Shown here: one piece after another, positions 33,179 to 46,400 of the stretch | How the letters are laid out: every line of letters starts with the position of its first letter | How positions within the stretch are numbered: position 1 is the stretch's first letter | Assembly: GCF_041146345.1 (NCBI RefSeq) | Contig: NW_027191413.1 | Coordinates: forward strand, 806,001-870,000 | Reading direction: 5' to 3' | From: Neodothiora populina | Lineage: Eukaryota | DNA length: 64,000 nucleotides | Notes under the pieces: generated by a model | Told to the model about the DNA's origin: nothing | The model's database searches: none | What the model saw: only the letters and a program-made list of their open reading frames with translations | Translations under genes and position numbers: made by a program

Positions 33179-33211
33179 TTCTTCTTCTTCTTCTTCTTCT
33201 GCTTCTGCTTC
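33179..33211. repeat. (TTC)7 plus (TGCTTC)2 microsatellite
   Basis: Direct reading. Confidence 0.85.
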
Positions 33212-33869
33212 TGTGTGTGAGTTTGTCCGGCGCGTTCTGTTAGAATCATGCAGTCGGAAGTTCTGCGTAGGTCATTTGCATATGACAATTTAACGTTGAA
33301 AGGCGAGCCCGAACTCGAATATGCAAACGCGTTTGTGCATCTGTGAGGCGCCACATCACCGTGGTTTAGAGAAGCTACTGAGACAGTATGTAGTGTACAA
33401 TGATACCTTACTGAAAGATCGTGAAAATATTAGCACTATACCTGTTAACAGCATGGAAAAGACATACCCCATTACGGGGTGCAAGGTAGTTCAATACTAG
33501 TATTGTCTTTGGGATAGACAGATACTTCAATCGCTGGTGCGCTATATTGATAGGAATCAAGTAAAGCGCAGTAATGTCAGCACTGATTTCCAAAAATTTA
33601 TTGGTTCATCAATCTTAGACCAGGAATGGGGTCTTAGGATGTTGCGATGCAAAAGCACGAATTGAATGTGATGAATGCAAACGCCTCAACGCCGTGACTT
33701 CTCGACTTCGGCTGTGGATCCACAATATCAACAACACAACGTCTGTTGTGCACAAGTGCCGACTTCACGCTCTAGAGTTTTCTAGGTGGGCTTAGTAAAG
33801 TCTTCGGCACCAAGCGATTAAGTAACATATGCAAATGAAAGTGTTGAAGTTGTTCTAAGACGTGGCCGT

Positions 33870-35058
33870 ATGGCTGCAAACATGGCCGAATATACACAAC
33901 CTTACCAAGCAAATATCGGCGACGATGTGGATGTCAATGAAGAGTATGAAGACGATGGAGACGAAGGCGAACTTGGTAAGTTAAATTTTGCACCCTGTAA
34001 TGGTTTCCTGCCTGGGTATTTCTCAGGCATTGCTATATGTTATGCATAGGGTGGTTTTCATCGCCCAGATATCACCATCACTTGGACCTTTTCCACTGTT
34101 CACTTGACCATCGCGTATAGCTATGCAGATGCATTTCCCCATCCATGTGTTTAGAGATCATCTCTTGACTGTTCCCAAATTCTACAAAATCACTCCAATG
34201 ATGAGAAGGACGCAAAAATGGATTTTACCCTTATGGACATCACCTCAGTCGTTGTCCATAACCATGTCGATTCAGACGACATGAGCATGGACGATCTTTC
34301 CCATGAGCAATCGTCCAGTAGCACACCTTTGATTCTAGCAGTCTTTCGCTCAGTACTCTGACTATCAATTAGACCCTACAGATATTTCACAACTTCAGGC
34401 CTCTCTTCCGCCACGCGGTCTGAAGGAGATATCGTCGTTGGCCTCCTGGACAGTGTCTACGAGTAAACCCGGATGTGGCGTAGCTGCGCTACGTAATCCC
34501 GACACGTCGCTCTTCTGGCAGTCGGACGGCCCACAACCACATCTTCTAAGCATACATTTCTTCAAGCTCGTTAGCATAGTACACATGCGCATATTCCTGG
34601 ACTTCGACAACGATGAGAGCTATACGCCTACGAAGATGCAATTCCTTGCAGGTATGGGCGTATACGATGTGCAGGAGTTCTGCGAGATGAATTTCGAGCA
34701 GCCACGGGGATGGATCGACGTGGACTTCTCGCAAGTCGGCCCCGTAGACGCTGACGACGACTTCGGAGAGGAGGATGCTTCTGTCAACTGGGAGAATCGA
34801 CCTGTGCTCAGATGCTTTCTCGTGCAAGTTCGCATCTTGGAGAACCACCAGAACGGCAAGGACACGCACTTGAGAGGGCTACAGATCTTTGCCAAGGATG
34901 AGAGAGCGGACGAGGCTAGAGAGCGGAGATCGAGTCTCGGAGACGTGCTGGAGAACGGGCGTACGATACCGGAGAGGCCGAAGAGGTCAACAAAGAAGAA
35001 ACACGATGGGCCCAGACCGAAGAAGGCAAGCTGGATGTTGGAGCCAGAGCTGAGATAA
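33870..35058 (+). CDS. APC10: Anaphase-promoting complex subunit 10 (DOC domain)
   Basis: LKEISSLASWTVSTSKPGCGV, FWQSDGPQPH, DESYTP, NHQNGKDTHLRG and a C-terminal LR tail. Proposed exon 1 is 33870-33975 with intron 33976-34372 (GTAAGT..CTGAC..TAG, phase-compatible). The 5' structure is less certain. Confidence 0.9.
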
Positions 35059-35164
35059 GGTCGCTCAGGGCGGATTCGCGCACTTCCTGTTTATTCACGA
35101 ACTGCAAGCATGATATTGATCACCAGAGATAATCCGGGAGCCTAGTCTAAAAGCAATGGGGTAT

Positions 35165-36353
35165 CTAAAACAATGATGACAGATCCTGTGTAATGGCGGA
35201 GGCATTGGCTGCACTGGTAGCAAGCCTTGCTTTTCTTTCCTCTGATTCTTTCCTTCCCTCGACTCCACGAATGAAGTCCATCCTTCCCAAGAAGCCCTGC
35301 TTACTTCTGCCATACACGTCCAGTTCTTCCTTGAGACCTTCCTTGTCGACATGTGCAGCCCAATCGATAGCGCTTTTCTGCACGGTGGTAAGTTTCTGCA
35401 CCTTGCCCTTCCTCTTGTCCTCTTCGGCTTTTCTCAACTGCTGAGCCAAGACATCTGCTCTCGTCGGAGCACGTAGACGTTGGCGTTCCAATGGGAGGCC
35501 CTTCACTTCGCCTGTAGGATTGGGCTCAAAGGCAGAGGATCGACGGAGGGGCCGTCGTAACTGCGCAGTGCTGACTGCGTGCTCATCACCTCCAGTCGCT
35601 GATTCCTCGGCCTTTTTCTTCTTGTCTCTAAGTGCAAGATATAGTTTGGCTTCTGCAGAAGACTTATGCACACGCTTTTCTTCTGTGTGAGTCTCGCCCG
35701 CGAAGCCATATGTGCGTTTTATCACAATCATTTCGTCGTCGTCGTCATTAATTCCATCCGCCACGGACTGCTTGCTGCGATCCAAAATGGGCCCTTCCGA
35801 TGCATTCTTGTTCGAAGAGTCGACTGCATCCACATTAGATTGTTCGGGATTCTGTCGGCCGACGGGGGCACTACTGAGCTTGGCCCAGAGCGATGCGACG
35901 TCTACCGTGACAACACCCTTGTCAGCGCTTTGAAATTCTGCCTTTTCTTCCTTTCTAATACCGAGTCAGTAGATGACTGAGATATGAGGTGTTGCTTAAA
36001 ACATACTCTGCTCGCCTCTGTGCTCGGGTTTTTATAAGCCCTCCCTCGCCGCCACTATCGTCGTCTTCGCCGGTCTTTCTCTTTTTTCGTTGCGACTTCT
36101 TCAGTTCTTGGATAGTTGCTTCGTCTCCGGAGTCCAGCTCCTTGTCCACGATTCCGGCAGGTACATGCTTGCGCTTTCTGCCTCCTTTCTTGGCCGTAGT
36201 CGCGACCTCTGCGATCTCCGCCTCGCTGTCTGAAGATGCGGAAAGTTGGTCATCGTCATTCGCATCTACGGCGGTTGGATCAAAGTCATCGTCTTCTTCT
36301 GAGTTGTACTGATCGTTGTTCGCGGGCACATTTTCATCAGCTGTTGGATGCAT
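35165..36353 (-). CDS. SWC5: SWR1 complex subunit Swc5 (BCNT domain), 2 exons
   Basis: Acidic N-terminus YNSEEDDDFDP, GEGGLIKTRAQR, IKRTYGFAGE and the BCNT domain KLTTVQKSAIDWAAHVDKEGLKEEL...GFLGRMDF. Intron 35955-36006. Confidence 0.92.
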
Positions 36354-36923
36354 CGTGTAGCTCCATTACCATCTTATGAGCTTCAGTATACGTTCGAGTT
36401 TCACAACATTTATACTTGATGAGTCGGTCACATGCGACGGAAACTTGAGAGTTCTTAATGTGTATGTCAAGGTGGCGCATTCGATAATGGTTTGCACTGT
36501 TTGCATCGTTCCCCACGTCCGCCGGTGGCTAATCGCTCTGCTCATAGCATTGTTATCTATTCACCGGAAAGCACTTGTCGTATGTTTAAGCACATTCTGT
36601 GGTAATTGCCTCGAATATCCATCTGATGACATGCGTTAAGACGATCATAGATTACAGTCGCTATCTGGTGATCTACAGGTATAATAGCATCTGAAGCACG
36701 CAAAAGTGCAAAGGCAGATCGTATTGACACACTGCAGATCGATTTCGGCATTGCAGATTTGTAAGAACATGGACACAGACACATAGTGTACTTGTAGCTT
36801 CTGTCATGGGTCTACAGAAGATCAGTAATGACATATCTACCATACGGAATCTGCAGACCCCTTGATATTAACCCATCTACGATAGCTCCGTATCTGAAAA
36901 TTGCGTAACATTGACCACAGTGA

Positions 36924-37952
36924 ATGATGGCAGAAACATCCACATCCAAGCGTTTGGCTATATTCCCGGCCTCAGGCGGGCTAGGCGGAGGTATTTACCA
37001 CTACCTCTTCGAGCAACGATTAATTTCTCCAATTGATGTTGTGCTCATCTCTCGCAATCCGGGCAAGGTCCCCGAGAAATACAAGGCGGCTGGTGTAACG
37101 ACTCGACAAGCCGACTACGACAAGCCCGAGACACTAACGCATGCTTTCGAGGGAGTTTCATACTTGATGTTGATCTCTTATGCGTCTATCGAACATGAGC
37201 ACCGAGCAAATGTATGTTGTGTTCCATGGTCTTTGGAGACTGATATCCTTGTTGAACGTAGCTAGGTCCACAAATTGGCCATTGATGCAGCTAGAGCAAG
37301 TGGTGTTCGTCACATCTTCTACAGCTCTCTTGCCTACGCTGGTGATGGCCAATCGTCGTCTGCTGCTTTCGTGATGCAAGCACATCTTGATACAGAAGCG
37401 TATCTAGCATCTCTATCGAAGCAAGATCCGTCTTTCACGTACACCTCCATTAGGGAAGGAATTTACACAGAGGCGATCCCCATCTACACCTCCTTTCTCA
37501 ACTTCGAGTCGCCAGCCGAGACCATTTGCATTCCTCATAGCGGGTCTGGACCAGGAGTGGCATGGGCGAAACGAGACGAACTTGCGGAGGCATCAGCTCG
37601 TCTTATCGCGGCATACACAAAGTCTCCGAATTTGTTCCCTCATACGAACAAGACAGTGCTGCTTTCTGGGTCACAAGCTTGGTCACTCTCGGATACAGTA
37701 GGTCTAATAGGCAACATTGTTGGAAAAAAGATCTCTATTCAGGAAGTCTCACTCGACGCGTATCTTCAACAGCCTCATATCGAGAGTGCCAAAGGCTACG
37801 GATCGGGCGATCGCGCCTTGCGGATGGCTACAGCTTTTGATGCTATGAAGCAGGGGGAGACAGCTGTTGTATCTCCACTTCTGGCACAGCTCCTCGGGCG
37901 TGAGCCAGAGTCTCTCGAGGTGACGCTTAAGAGCATTGTTAACGGAGCTTGA
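36924..37952 (+). CDS. NmrA-like NAD(P)-binding atypical SDR, 2 exons
   Basis: IFPASGGLGG Rossmann loop, RQADYDKP, GVRHIFYSSL, HLDTE and IREGIY. Intron 37212-37265. Confidence 0.88.
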
Positions 37953-38115
37953 TAAGAGGGTCAAACTTAATGCGATGTATCAAAAACCTATCACAATATC
38001 TTTTCTTCGTCGTCACTAGCATTACTGATACGTGCACTTTAATGCTGTCATTAACTCGTATGATAGGCTATGAAACTATGATAGACAATGTTGGTCAATA
38101 ACATATCAAAACTAT

Positions 38116-38590
38116 TTACTTCTGGAACGTGGTGTTCTCGCCCTTAGCCAACGTGTCTTGAACAGAACCACCAATCGAACCTGACGGGGTGAATGCCTTG
38201 CCGATTGCACCATCCTTGTCAAAAGGACCACCCACCTTCTGAGCGGCACCACCGAGCATGCCACCAGCTGTTACACGTATCAGTAAGATGCCGCCGGTAA
38301 AGTCCGTCTGATGGAGTACTCACTGGTGAATTGTTTGCCAATTGCGCCACTTGCATCAAATGCTGAAGTACCTGTGCCGGTGGTCTTCACGCCTGCGGGC
38401 TCCTGCGGATTGTAAGTATACAATCTCACATATGTGACTGTGCAAACACCTACTCCTCTTGGTTTGGTGACCTCGGGCATACCATCCTCCAAGTTTTGGG
38501 CAATGGCAGCACTGATGCATTGTCAGTCTCTATCAAGTGACCAATATATGCTTTCAGGTCAGATACTCACGAAGCTGCACCCTTGTCCAT
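38116..38590 (-). CDS. Small (102 aa) Gly-rich repeat protein of unknown function, 4 exons
   Basis: Exons 38590-38571, 38511-38454, 38402-38324 and 38267-38116 (309 nt, all phases consistent, canonical GT-AG) encode MDKGAASAAIAQNLEDGMPEVTKPRGEPAGVKTTGTGTSAFDASGAIGKQFTTGGMLGGAAQKVGGPFDKDGAIGKAFTPSGSIGGSVQDTLAKGENTTFQK. Confidence 0.85.
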
Positions 38591-40039
38591 GGTCTTTGCT
38601 GATGAATCGCCGTCCATGTTAACAATGTGTAAGTAAAGATGTAGAAATAATGACTCAAGGTAGTTGACAAAGCAAATGTATTACTGGGTAATGGATGGTG
38701 TGAGCTTCAGGAGGCGCTCGCTCTGAGGAATATATAGCTGGAATACTTCTGATTCATCAGACAGTCATCGTGCGAGTTATTGTCGTCACGACTCTACTAT
38801 GGTATGGTACCCCATCGTAACATGGGCGTCATCTGAAGTGGTCTTGACACTCGTATGCGTCATGGACATCTTCAGATGTAACAGTCTTGGCAAATGAGGT
38901 CTGGTATTCATTAACAAACACTTCTACACAATCAGAAGATCTAGTAGAAGACCTAGGATTTGTCCATTTCATGAGACACTGTACTGGCAAATTTAAGGAG
39001 ACGTAATTTGTTTGGCCGGATGGAGCAACAAACCCCCGTCTATGCTTACCTTAAACATGTATGAATCCCCAGATTTCACACTTCGTTATGCGCAGGCCAC
39101 TCCGACGGGGTAACATTTATCCTAATAATTAAGGGACCTTATGAGTGCATATGCACAACAAGAGCGCAGTACTAGGCTACGTGAGGCATGCCGCATTCTT
39201 GTACATGTATCAAGAAAAGATGAGACTTCCATAAAGCCTCATAAGCTCACCGCCTGCAATGCTCTTCCATAAACCAGACCAGGCAATGTTAGTGGTGGTA
39301 GCAAACTCAAGGTTGCGTTTCTTGTGCATAAGGTAGCAAGCTCAAAGATCGGACTAAATCCAAACTCTATCTGGCATACCTTAGCCTTGCGCTCCACTTA
39401 TGACGGGGATCCTTCGGCATCCTTTCGAGGTATATCGATCTCCTCCGATGTATTGATGGTATGGTAACATGAATTGAGACAAACAACGAGCATTCGGAAT
39501 CTCTAAGGTACTCTGAAGCTGCATGGCAACAAGTCACAGCCCACGCGCCTTGCATCCTTGACATGACTTCTGAGTCGACAGGATGCTGACTTCGTAAGTA
39601 TCCTCGTACTGGCTGACTCGGCATCCTGCACAGCAAGACTGTTTCCGACAGCATGTTCGGCCCCTCCTAAGGACCATCCCGGTTCGTACCTCTGTAGAGC
39701 CCAGCGTAAACGTATCCTGGTCAAGCTATGATAGGAAATTGCACATGCATAGCTGTCAATTATAGCACGTACGACGACCCTTGACCGAACACGCGAGAGC
39801 TGCCGCTACCTTCACGTACTTTAGTCGCGTGTTTCGCTCTGATGTAGAACACAACCGATCTTGTCCTACAGTGGGTAGCTGCAGTTTACTCGAAGCCTTT
39901 CCGCCCCAATTTCTTTGTCCCTGCTGCTCGATTCCGATGCTCCGTCCTGTCACTTGAAATTTGTTGCCCAAAGGTTTCTGACTGGACCACAACGCCTTCA
40001 GCACATGATACTCCTTGGATAGACCAGAAAGGCTTCATC

Positions 40040-41192
40040 GTGGCTGACGAATCGACTCTCTTCCCTGAGGCTCTTGAGGATTTGAACTTGATTCCAAACA
40101 ATCACGCCAACGTGGCTCACGTCAATGGTACACATCCGATGGAATTAAAGACTACAATACAAGATCTCAACAATGGCATTTCGCCCACTCTCAGTCGAAT
40201 CTCGAGCCAAAAGAAGGATGATTTCGGCTTGACCACATCAATTGATGGAGAGAGAAAGTTGATGCAATATCTCGAGGATCGACTTACGTATGAGATTGGT
40301 CATTCTACATCTGCGCTACATCGAATACATAGGGATTCTCCGGTGATAGCTGAGTTGCGAACCAATGTCATAGTAAGTGTTTTTACTTTCCCAATGTATG
40401 TGGTCTGTACCGATCTAACCTTTGACTAAGGTGAAAGATGAATATACCTTGGTGACAGACATGTCCTATCATCTCTCTACACGTTTCTCCTGCCCCGAGT
40501 CGAGCATCATGATCAATCTAGATCACAGCGCGTGCCTTCTCCATGCAGGTTCATTCGAGCCTGCGTATATATTGACCATCTCTGCGATACCGTCTCATAT
40601 CCATGCGAGTTCTAACAAGCGCAATTCCGCCTTGGTCCAGTCTTTCATGGCCGATGTTCTCTCAGTCCCACCAGAGCGTGGTGTACTACGCTTCGTTGCC
40701 ATCCCTGAGGAGAGTCTCGCATACAATGGAACGACAATATTGGCAGAAATCGAACGCTTCGAGAGGCAGCAGCAAGCTGAAGAAGCTTCAATCATGACTA
40801 AACGAAGTTTAGTGAGAGGGTCGCGACGAAGTTTTACCACACCAAAATTACCGAGCTCTAGACCCGAAACACCACGTATACCCGACAGTATTGCTGACGG
40901 TGGTTCCCCTGTTCGGCCATACCTCTCGACTTATACTTCTGCCACATCTCAGGTCACAAATGGAACATCGGTGGGAAGCAAGCAAGCAACGGTAGCTGCG
41001 TTACCAGGCAATAACAGCAAGCCCTTGAACGGTGTGCTCAAAGATAATTCTACTTCATCTACAAGGCAGAGCAAAAGAAAGAGTCTAGGCTACAACTTTA
41101 CCTCGACCTCATCGTACAGTCTCAAGGATGCAGAGCCCATGCCAAAGGTCAATAAGCGTAAAAGCATTCTTGCTGTCTTCCGGAAATCATAA
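40040..41192 (+). CDS. MIF/tautomerase-fold domain protein with disordered N- and C-terminal extensions
   Basis: PVIAELRTNVI|VKDEYTLVTDMSYHLSTRF...GSFEPAYILTI...NKRNSALVQSFM...PPERGVLRF across intron 40373-40430. The start is uncertain (first in-frame ATG 40139; an upstream exon is possible). Confidence 0.8.
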
Positions 41193-41478
41193 ACCCCTGA
41201 GTCATATTCGAGGGAGCAATTTTACACGAAGGTCACCCAGTTGAACATCGTATACTGTGCGCTTACGCTCCTATACGTCTGGCATTTTCCTGAAAAGCTC
41301 ATCGGGATCAAGGACGCCGCTAGCCACTGAGGGCAAGAAAGAGCTTGATAAAGTATTGCAGTCTAACCTTGTAGCATACGATCACGTCGTCTGCCTCGCT
41401 ACTCCTCTCATTGATCGTGTACAAGCTTTCTCGCTTGATCGTCACCATTCCGATGCCATGCCCAGGTGTTCGCAGTCT

Positions 41479-42255
41479 TCATGGCGTCTCATGGCCATAC
41501 ACATGAAATTCTGGACTTCCCTTACCACTACTGGTTCCAGGGATGTCTCTGTGGCCTCCACCGGTAATGATTGATCCCAGCTCTTCGCCTTTCTCTTCGC
41601 CCACTCGGCTCTGCCAACGTGCAACAGAAAGGTTGCTGACTGCAAACCCAACTATAAGGAGATGCGTTACAAATACCGGGATTGTAGCAAAGTAGGCATA
41701 TCGCTAGATACTCGATTTAGCTTGGAATCAGCCAACACGTTGAATAGTCACAGGATGCTCACACTTTCGTGGCAGAGCGCCGAGAAGTTAGACGGAGATC
41801 CAGCAGAGGAGGCCCATTGGCATGTCCATGTTTGCATGCTATCCGTACCCGGAGCAGCATTGTTGATTGCAGCCGGGAAGGCAACTTCGACCACTGCTGT
41901 TATTGCAGCAAGACTGCTAAGTACAAGCAGAACATACCGTGTCGAGGACTGTTCTTTTGTCAGCACAGCAGATACATGTCACAACGAACTATCTGAAACA
42001 CACCGCTTTCGCAAAAGTTGCACCACAAATCGACGCATTCAGCAGTATGAGGGACGCCGAAGCCCCAATCAATGTTTCTAAGCCCCTGGCATCAAAGTGC
42101 GAGGGCCAGATTGGAAGCCACCACAGGTTAGTGCTTCGCTGCTGGTCATATGAGGATAAGACGTGAGATGCTGTTCCTGCGATAGTTGCGGACAGGCATA
42201 AGGAAAAGACCGAGAGAGCAAGGATAGACCTAGGTCGGCTGCTAGCTCGTGACAT
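41479..42255 (-). CDS. Fungal four-TM membrane protein of unknown function, 3 exons
   Basis: Exons 42255-42004, 41948-41763 and 41703-41479. Motifs WWLPIWPSHFD and DSMQTWTCQW...FSALCHES|RYA, four hydrophobic helices, canonical introns. Confidence 0.8.
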
Positions 42256-43018
42256 CGTGCTCGATACTCCACAGAAGCAACAAGAGCCAACGTGGCAAAG
42301 TTTGGAAGAGGTCGCAGGCGAAGGGAGAACAGCAAATTGCAATGGGTGTCAATACCGAAAAGAAACTCGAAACGGCTTGGAAATACTTGGTAGGCCAGGA
42401 AGTCAAGACCGCGGCGAGGACTGAAGACTATAAGATTGCTGTCAAGCACATTCTGGAATGGTAGCCATACCATGGTAGCGCTTACAGTGATGGCCGTGTA
42501 GGATTCGAGCGCTTATGAGAGAAAATGAAACTTGAGGTTCGAACAATAGTGTGTGATGAGTGCGCCAACGAGCTCTACATGTTCATCCCCAATGAGACAG
42601 GACGTTCAAGCAAGCGACATGCATAACGCGGTGTCAGTAACACTGTACATGTCAGACTACGGGGCATGCAGGATCATCCATGTATAGCAAACCAGGGCAT
42701 CTAGTGTACATTCAACTTCTCATTGGTTGTGGTAAAGGTGGTCGGCGCGTACAGGAATAGAGAGATTTTGTGTCTGCAACCGCCGAGTCAATGTATCTTG
42801 AGCATATTGCATGCAAACCAAGCAACAACCAGCAAGGGCCCAAGATCAATTTTCCTGCAGATTTCCCGGAAGCCTTGCAAGCCTCCATTCTGGGGCATGT
42901 TGGTCATAGTGGGATGGCTTGACGATTGCCTGTACAATGTGCTGGGATGGTAGTGTGATGTGCAGGAGGGTGTCCAGGATCTATATATATAGCACGTCAA
43001 AATTATGGTCTAAACATA

Positions 43019-43124
43019 GCTACTTTGGCCGAGTGGTCTAAGGCGGTAGTTTTAAGTAGCTCTTCGATGAGCGTATTGAACACTACTATCGAGAGATGCG
43101 TGGGTTCAAACCCCACAGGTAGCA
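43019..43124 (+). tRNA. tRNA-Leu(UAA) with 24-nt intron
   Basis: Acceptor stem GCTACTT/AGGTAGC plus discriminator A, A-box TGGCCGAGTGGTCTAAGGC, anticodon stem GTAGT/ACTAC with TT-TAA-G (anticodon 43053-43055), intron 43057-43080, long variable arm, T-arm GTGGG-TTCAAAC-CCCAC and a T-rich terminator downstream. Confidence 0.95.
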
Positions 43125-43418
43125 ACATTTGTTTTATCTCCTCGTGAGACCCTGAATTCTACTTTTTTGAAGAGCCACGGTTCAGGTCTCAATTAATTAC
43201 AGCATGTCTCTCTAAGGTCCAATGCAAATCCACTTTATTCAATAGATGCCAAGCCCGACTCTAGCCTGACTAAAGCATACAACCACAGCGATGATAGTCA
43301 GCGGCTCTTAGTCCAACACCGCTGCATGATTAGGGGTAGTGAATGTGACAGACATGTTTTTGTTGTAAACATACGTGCGAGGACTAATTAGAGTGCCACT
43401 TCAATAGATAATGCGGGA

Positions 43419-46400
43419 ATGACAATCCGCGTTTTGCTGAGGGACCATCCTCATCGGGCTATCGCCCTTGCGACAGATGAGCATATACTCACTTTCCGAC
43501 ACAGCGCGTCGACGGTCGGCGGTTCTACAGTGTCGCTGAACTCTACCCAAAATGCTGCTATCCAGCCAAGATGTATGGTGGAGTTCTCTTTGTTGCAGGA
43601 GACCGATACCTCGGATTTTCGTTCTCTGAGTTCATTGTCTGCTCAGGGTACACTTGGTCTCATTACCATCGGCGGAGACATCTTTCTGTGTGTAGTCAAC
43701 GGGTCCGAGAGAGTAGCGACTGTCAGGCCTGGAGAAAATGTCCAGAAGATTACCTCTGTGGAGTTTCGTACGTTGCTCACTCTTGGTGGTGTTGACTTGC
43801 TGACACTCTCGTCATAGATTGTATCAACAGGTCGGAATATGACTATCTAGTACTCGATCGTATCAACAATTTCCCGGTAGATGATCTTGAGGATGACGGA
43901 TTCGATAAGTTCCAGACGCGTGATCCGTCGATGGAACATCCATGTTTGGCGCTCAAGAAACTGTTGAGTGGCGGTAGCTTTTATTACAGCGCGGACTTTG
44001 ACCTTACAAGGAGGCTCCAAGATAGGTGAGTGAAGGGCGTATAAATTTGACGTAACACATACTCACCAAGTATCCAGAGCACTTGAGTCTGCGACTGTGG
44101 CGTTTGACAGTATTGACACTGGCTTTTTGTGGAACTCATACATGATCCAGCCGCTTGTCAGCTTCCGCTCTCGATTGTCTGACCATGAGAGAGCCGCACT
44201 GGACTCGTCGCGCATTCTGACTTCTGCCATCCGTGGATTTGCAATGACCATTACCGTACCAGCAGCTTCCTCGCCCGTCAGCACAAGCTTCTCGGGTCTT
44301 CCATCTACGTTGACCCTTGTTTCACGTCTGTCGTGTCGACGAGCCGGCACGAGGTTCAATGCACGCGGCATTGACGATGATGGAAATGTAGCCAACTGGG
44401 TTGAGACAGAGACCGTCTTTGCTACTCCCACTGGAATGTGTTTTTCTTATGTTCAAACCCGCGGCAGTGTACCTGCATTCTGGGAACAACAAGCTACCTT
44501 TACACCCGGGCAGCAGAAGATACAGATTACTCGATCGGCTGAAGCCACGCAGCCTGCGTTTGACAAGCACATGTCCGAGCTGGAAGTGAACTACGGCGCC
44601 GTCCATGTAGTGAATCTGCTGAGTGCGGAAAAGTCTGGTGAGGCTGAATTGACTAAGCGTTATCGTCAGCATATTCGAAACAGTCCTCTCAATCAACCTT
44701 CCGAAGATAAGCCCGCAGACCACGAGCTGCTCAAATTGACAGACTATGATTTTCACGCAGAGACCAGGCAGCTGGGATATGAAGCTGCCAAAGGCATTAG
44801 TCATTACATCCAGGACTCCGTCGAGGCCTTTGCATACTACCTTTCCGAGGAGATTGAGGAGGATCCAAAGACGTCGACTGGACTCCGACATAAATCAGTA
44901 CTCAGGAGACCCATGACTATCTTACAACAGGAAGGAGTTTTCAGGACTAACTGTCTAGATTGCTTGGACAGAACCAATCTTGTACAAACGATCATAAGTC
45001 AAATGTCTCTTCAAGAGTTCCTCTCGCAGCGAGCAGAACGGAGAGCGACAAGCGACTTCTGGGTACGACATGGCACACTTTGGGCCGATAATGGCGATGC
45101 TCTGTCGCGAATCTATGCGGGCACAGGCGCACTGAAATCATCATACACAAGAACAGGAAAGATGTCGATTGCAGGAGCTTTAGCGGACGTTCGCAAAAGC
45201 GCTGCACGACTATACATCAATAATTTCGAGGACAAGGGACGACAGAATACCATCGACACGCTGTTGGGCCGACTGATGGGCCAGCTGCCCGTTCATCTCT
45301 ACGACCCCATCAACGACTGGGTGTCGGCCGAGTTGACAAAACGGACGTCTGAATACTCCTCTTCTGATACCATACACATACACGTGGGAACCTTTAATCT
45401 TAACGGCAAGACCAAGGGCATCGACGAAGACCTTTCATCGTGGGTGTGTCCGCCAGTTGATGCTTCGCAGCAGCAGCCAGGTATTGTGGCAGTTGGCTTC
45501 CAGGAGATAGTAGAGCTCTCGCCACAGCAGATAATGTCCACTGATCCTAACAGGAGACAAGCATGGGAAGATGCTGTCAAGAGAACTCTCAATACTAATG
45601 CGCAAAGTCACGGTTCGGAGGAGTATGTCATGCTGCGTGGTGGCCAACTAGTAGGGGCTTCCTTGTCGGTGTTTGTCAAGGCCAGCATCCTGCCGTACAT
45701 CAAGAATGTCGAGGGATCTCTCAAGAAGGTTGGTTTTCTGCAGCCGGCGATTCCTGTGAACCAAGCTAAATACAATCACAGACTGGCATGTCAGGGATGG
45801 CAGGCAACAAAGGCGCAGTGGCCATCCGCATGGATTATGCCAACACGTCTATATGCTTGGTGACAGCACATCTGGCAGCTGGATTTGCCAACTACGAGGA
45901 GCGCAACCAGGACTACAGAACAATCAGCCACGGCCTTCGCTTCCAGCGCAATCGCACAATTGAAGACCACGATGCCATTATCTGGATGGGCGATTTCAAT
46001 TACCGAATCGGCATGAGCAACGAAAGAACTCGTGCATTGGTCAAGGACAAGGACTTGGAGACACTGTACGCCAACGACCAGCTGAATCTGCAGATGGTTC
46101 ACGGAAAGACGTTTCCGTTCTACCACGAGGCGCGCATCACCTTTTTGCCTACGTACAAATATGACCTGGGGACAGACGACTACGACAGCAGCGACAAAGC
46201 TCGCATACCAGCATGGTGTGATCGCGTCCTGAGCAAGGGCAACAACCTTCGTCAGATCAACTACGAGACAGCCCCTCTACGGTTTTCGGACCACAGACCG
46301 GTATGGGCGACCTTTCAATGTACAGTGACAACGATGGACGAAAAGCGCAAGGACGAAATCAGCGAGCAGCTTTATCGTAAACGACGCGCGGTGGTAGGCG

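Noticed and set aside
34198..34361. Possible box C/D snoRNA (ATGATGA...CTGA) in the APC10 intron
   Set aside because: The D box coincides with the branch site, and I could not identify a terminal stem or an rRNA-complementary guide.
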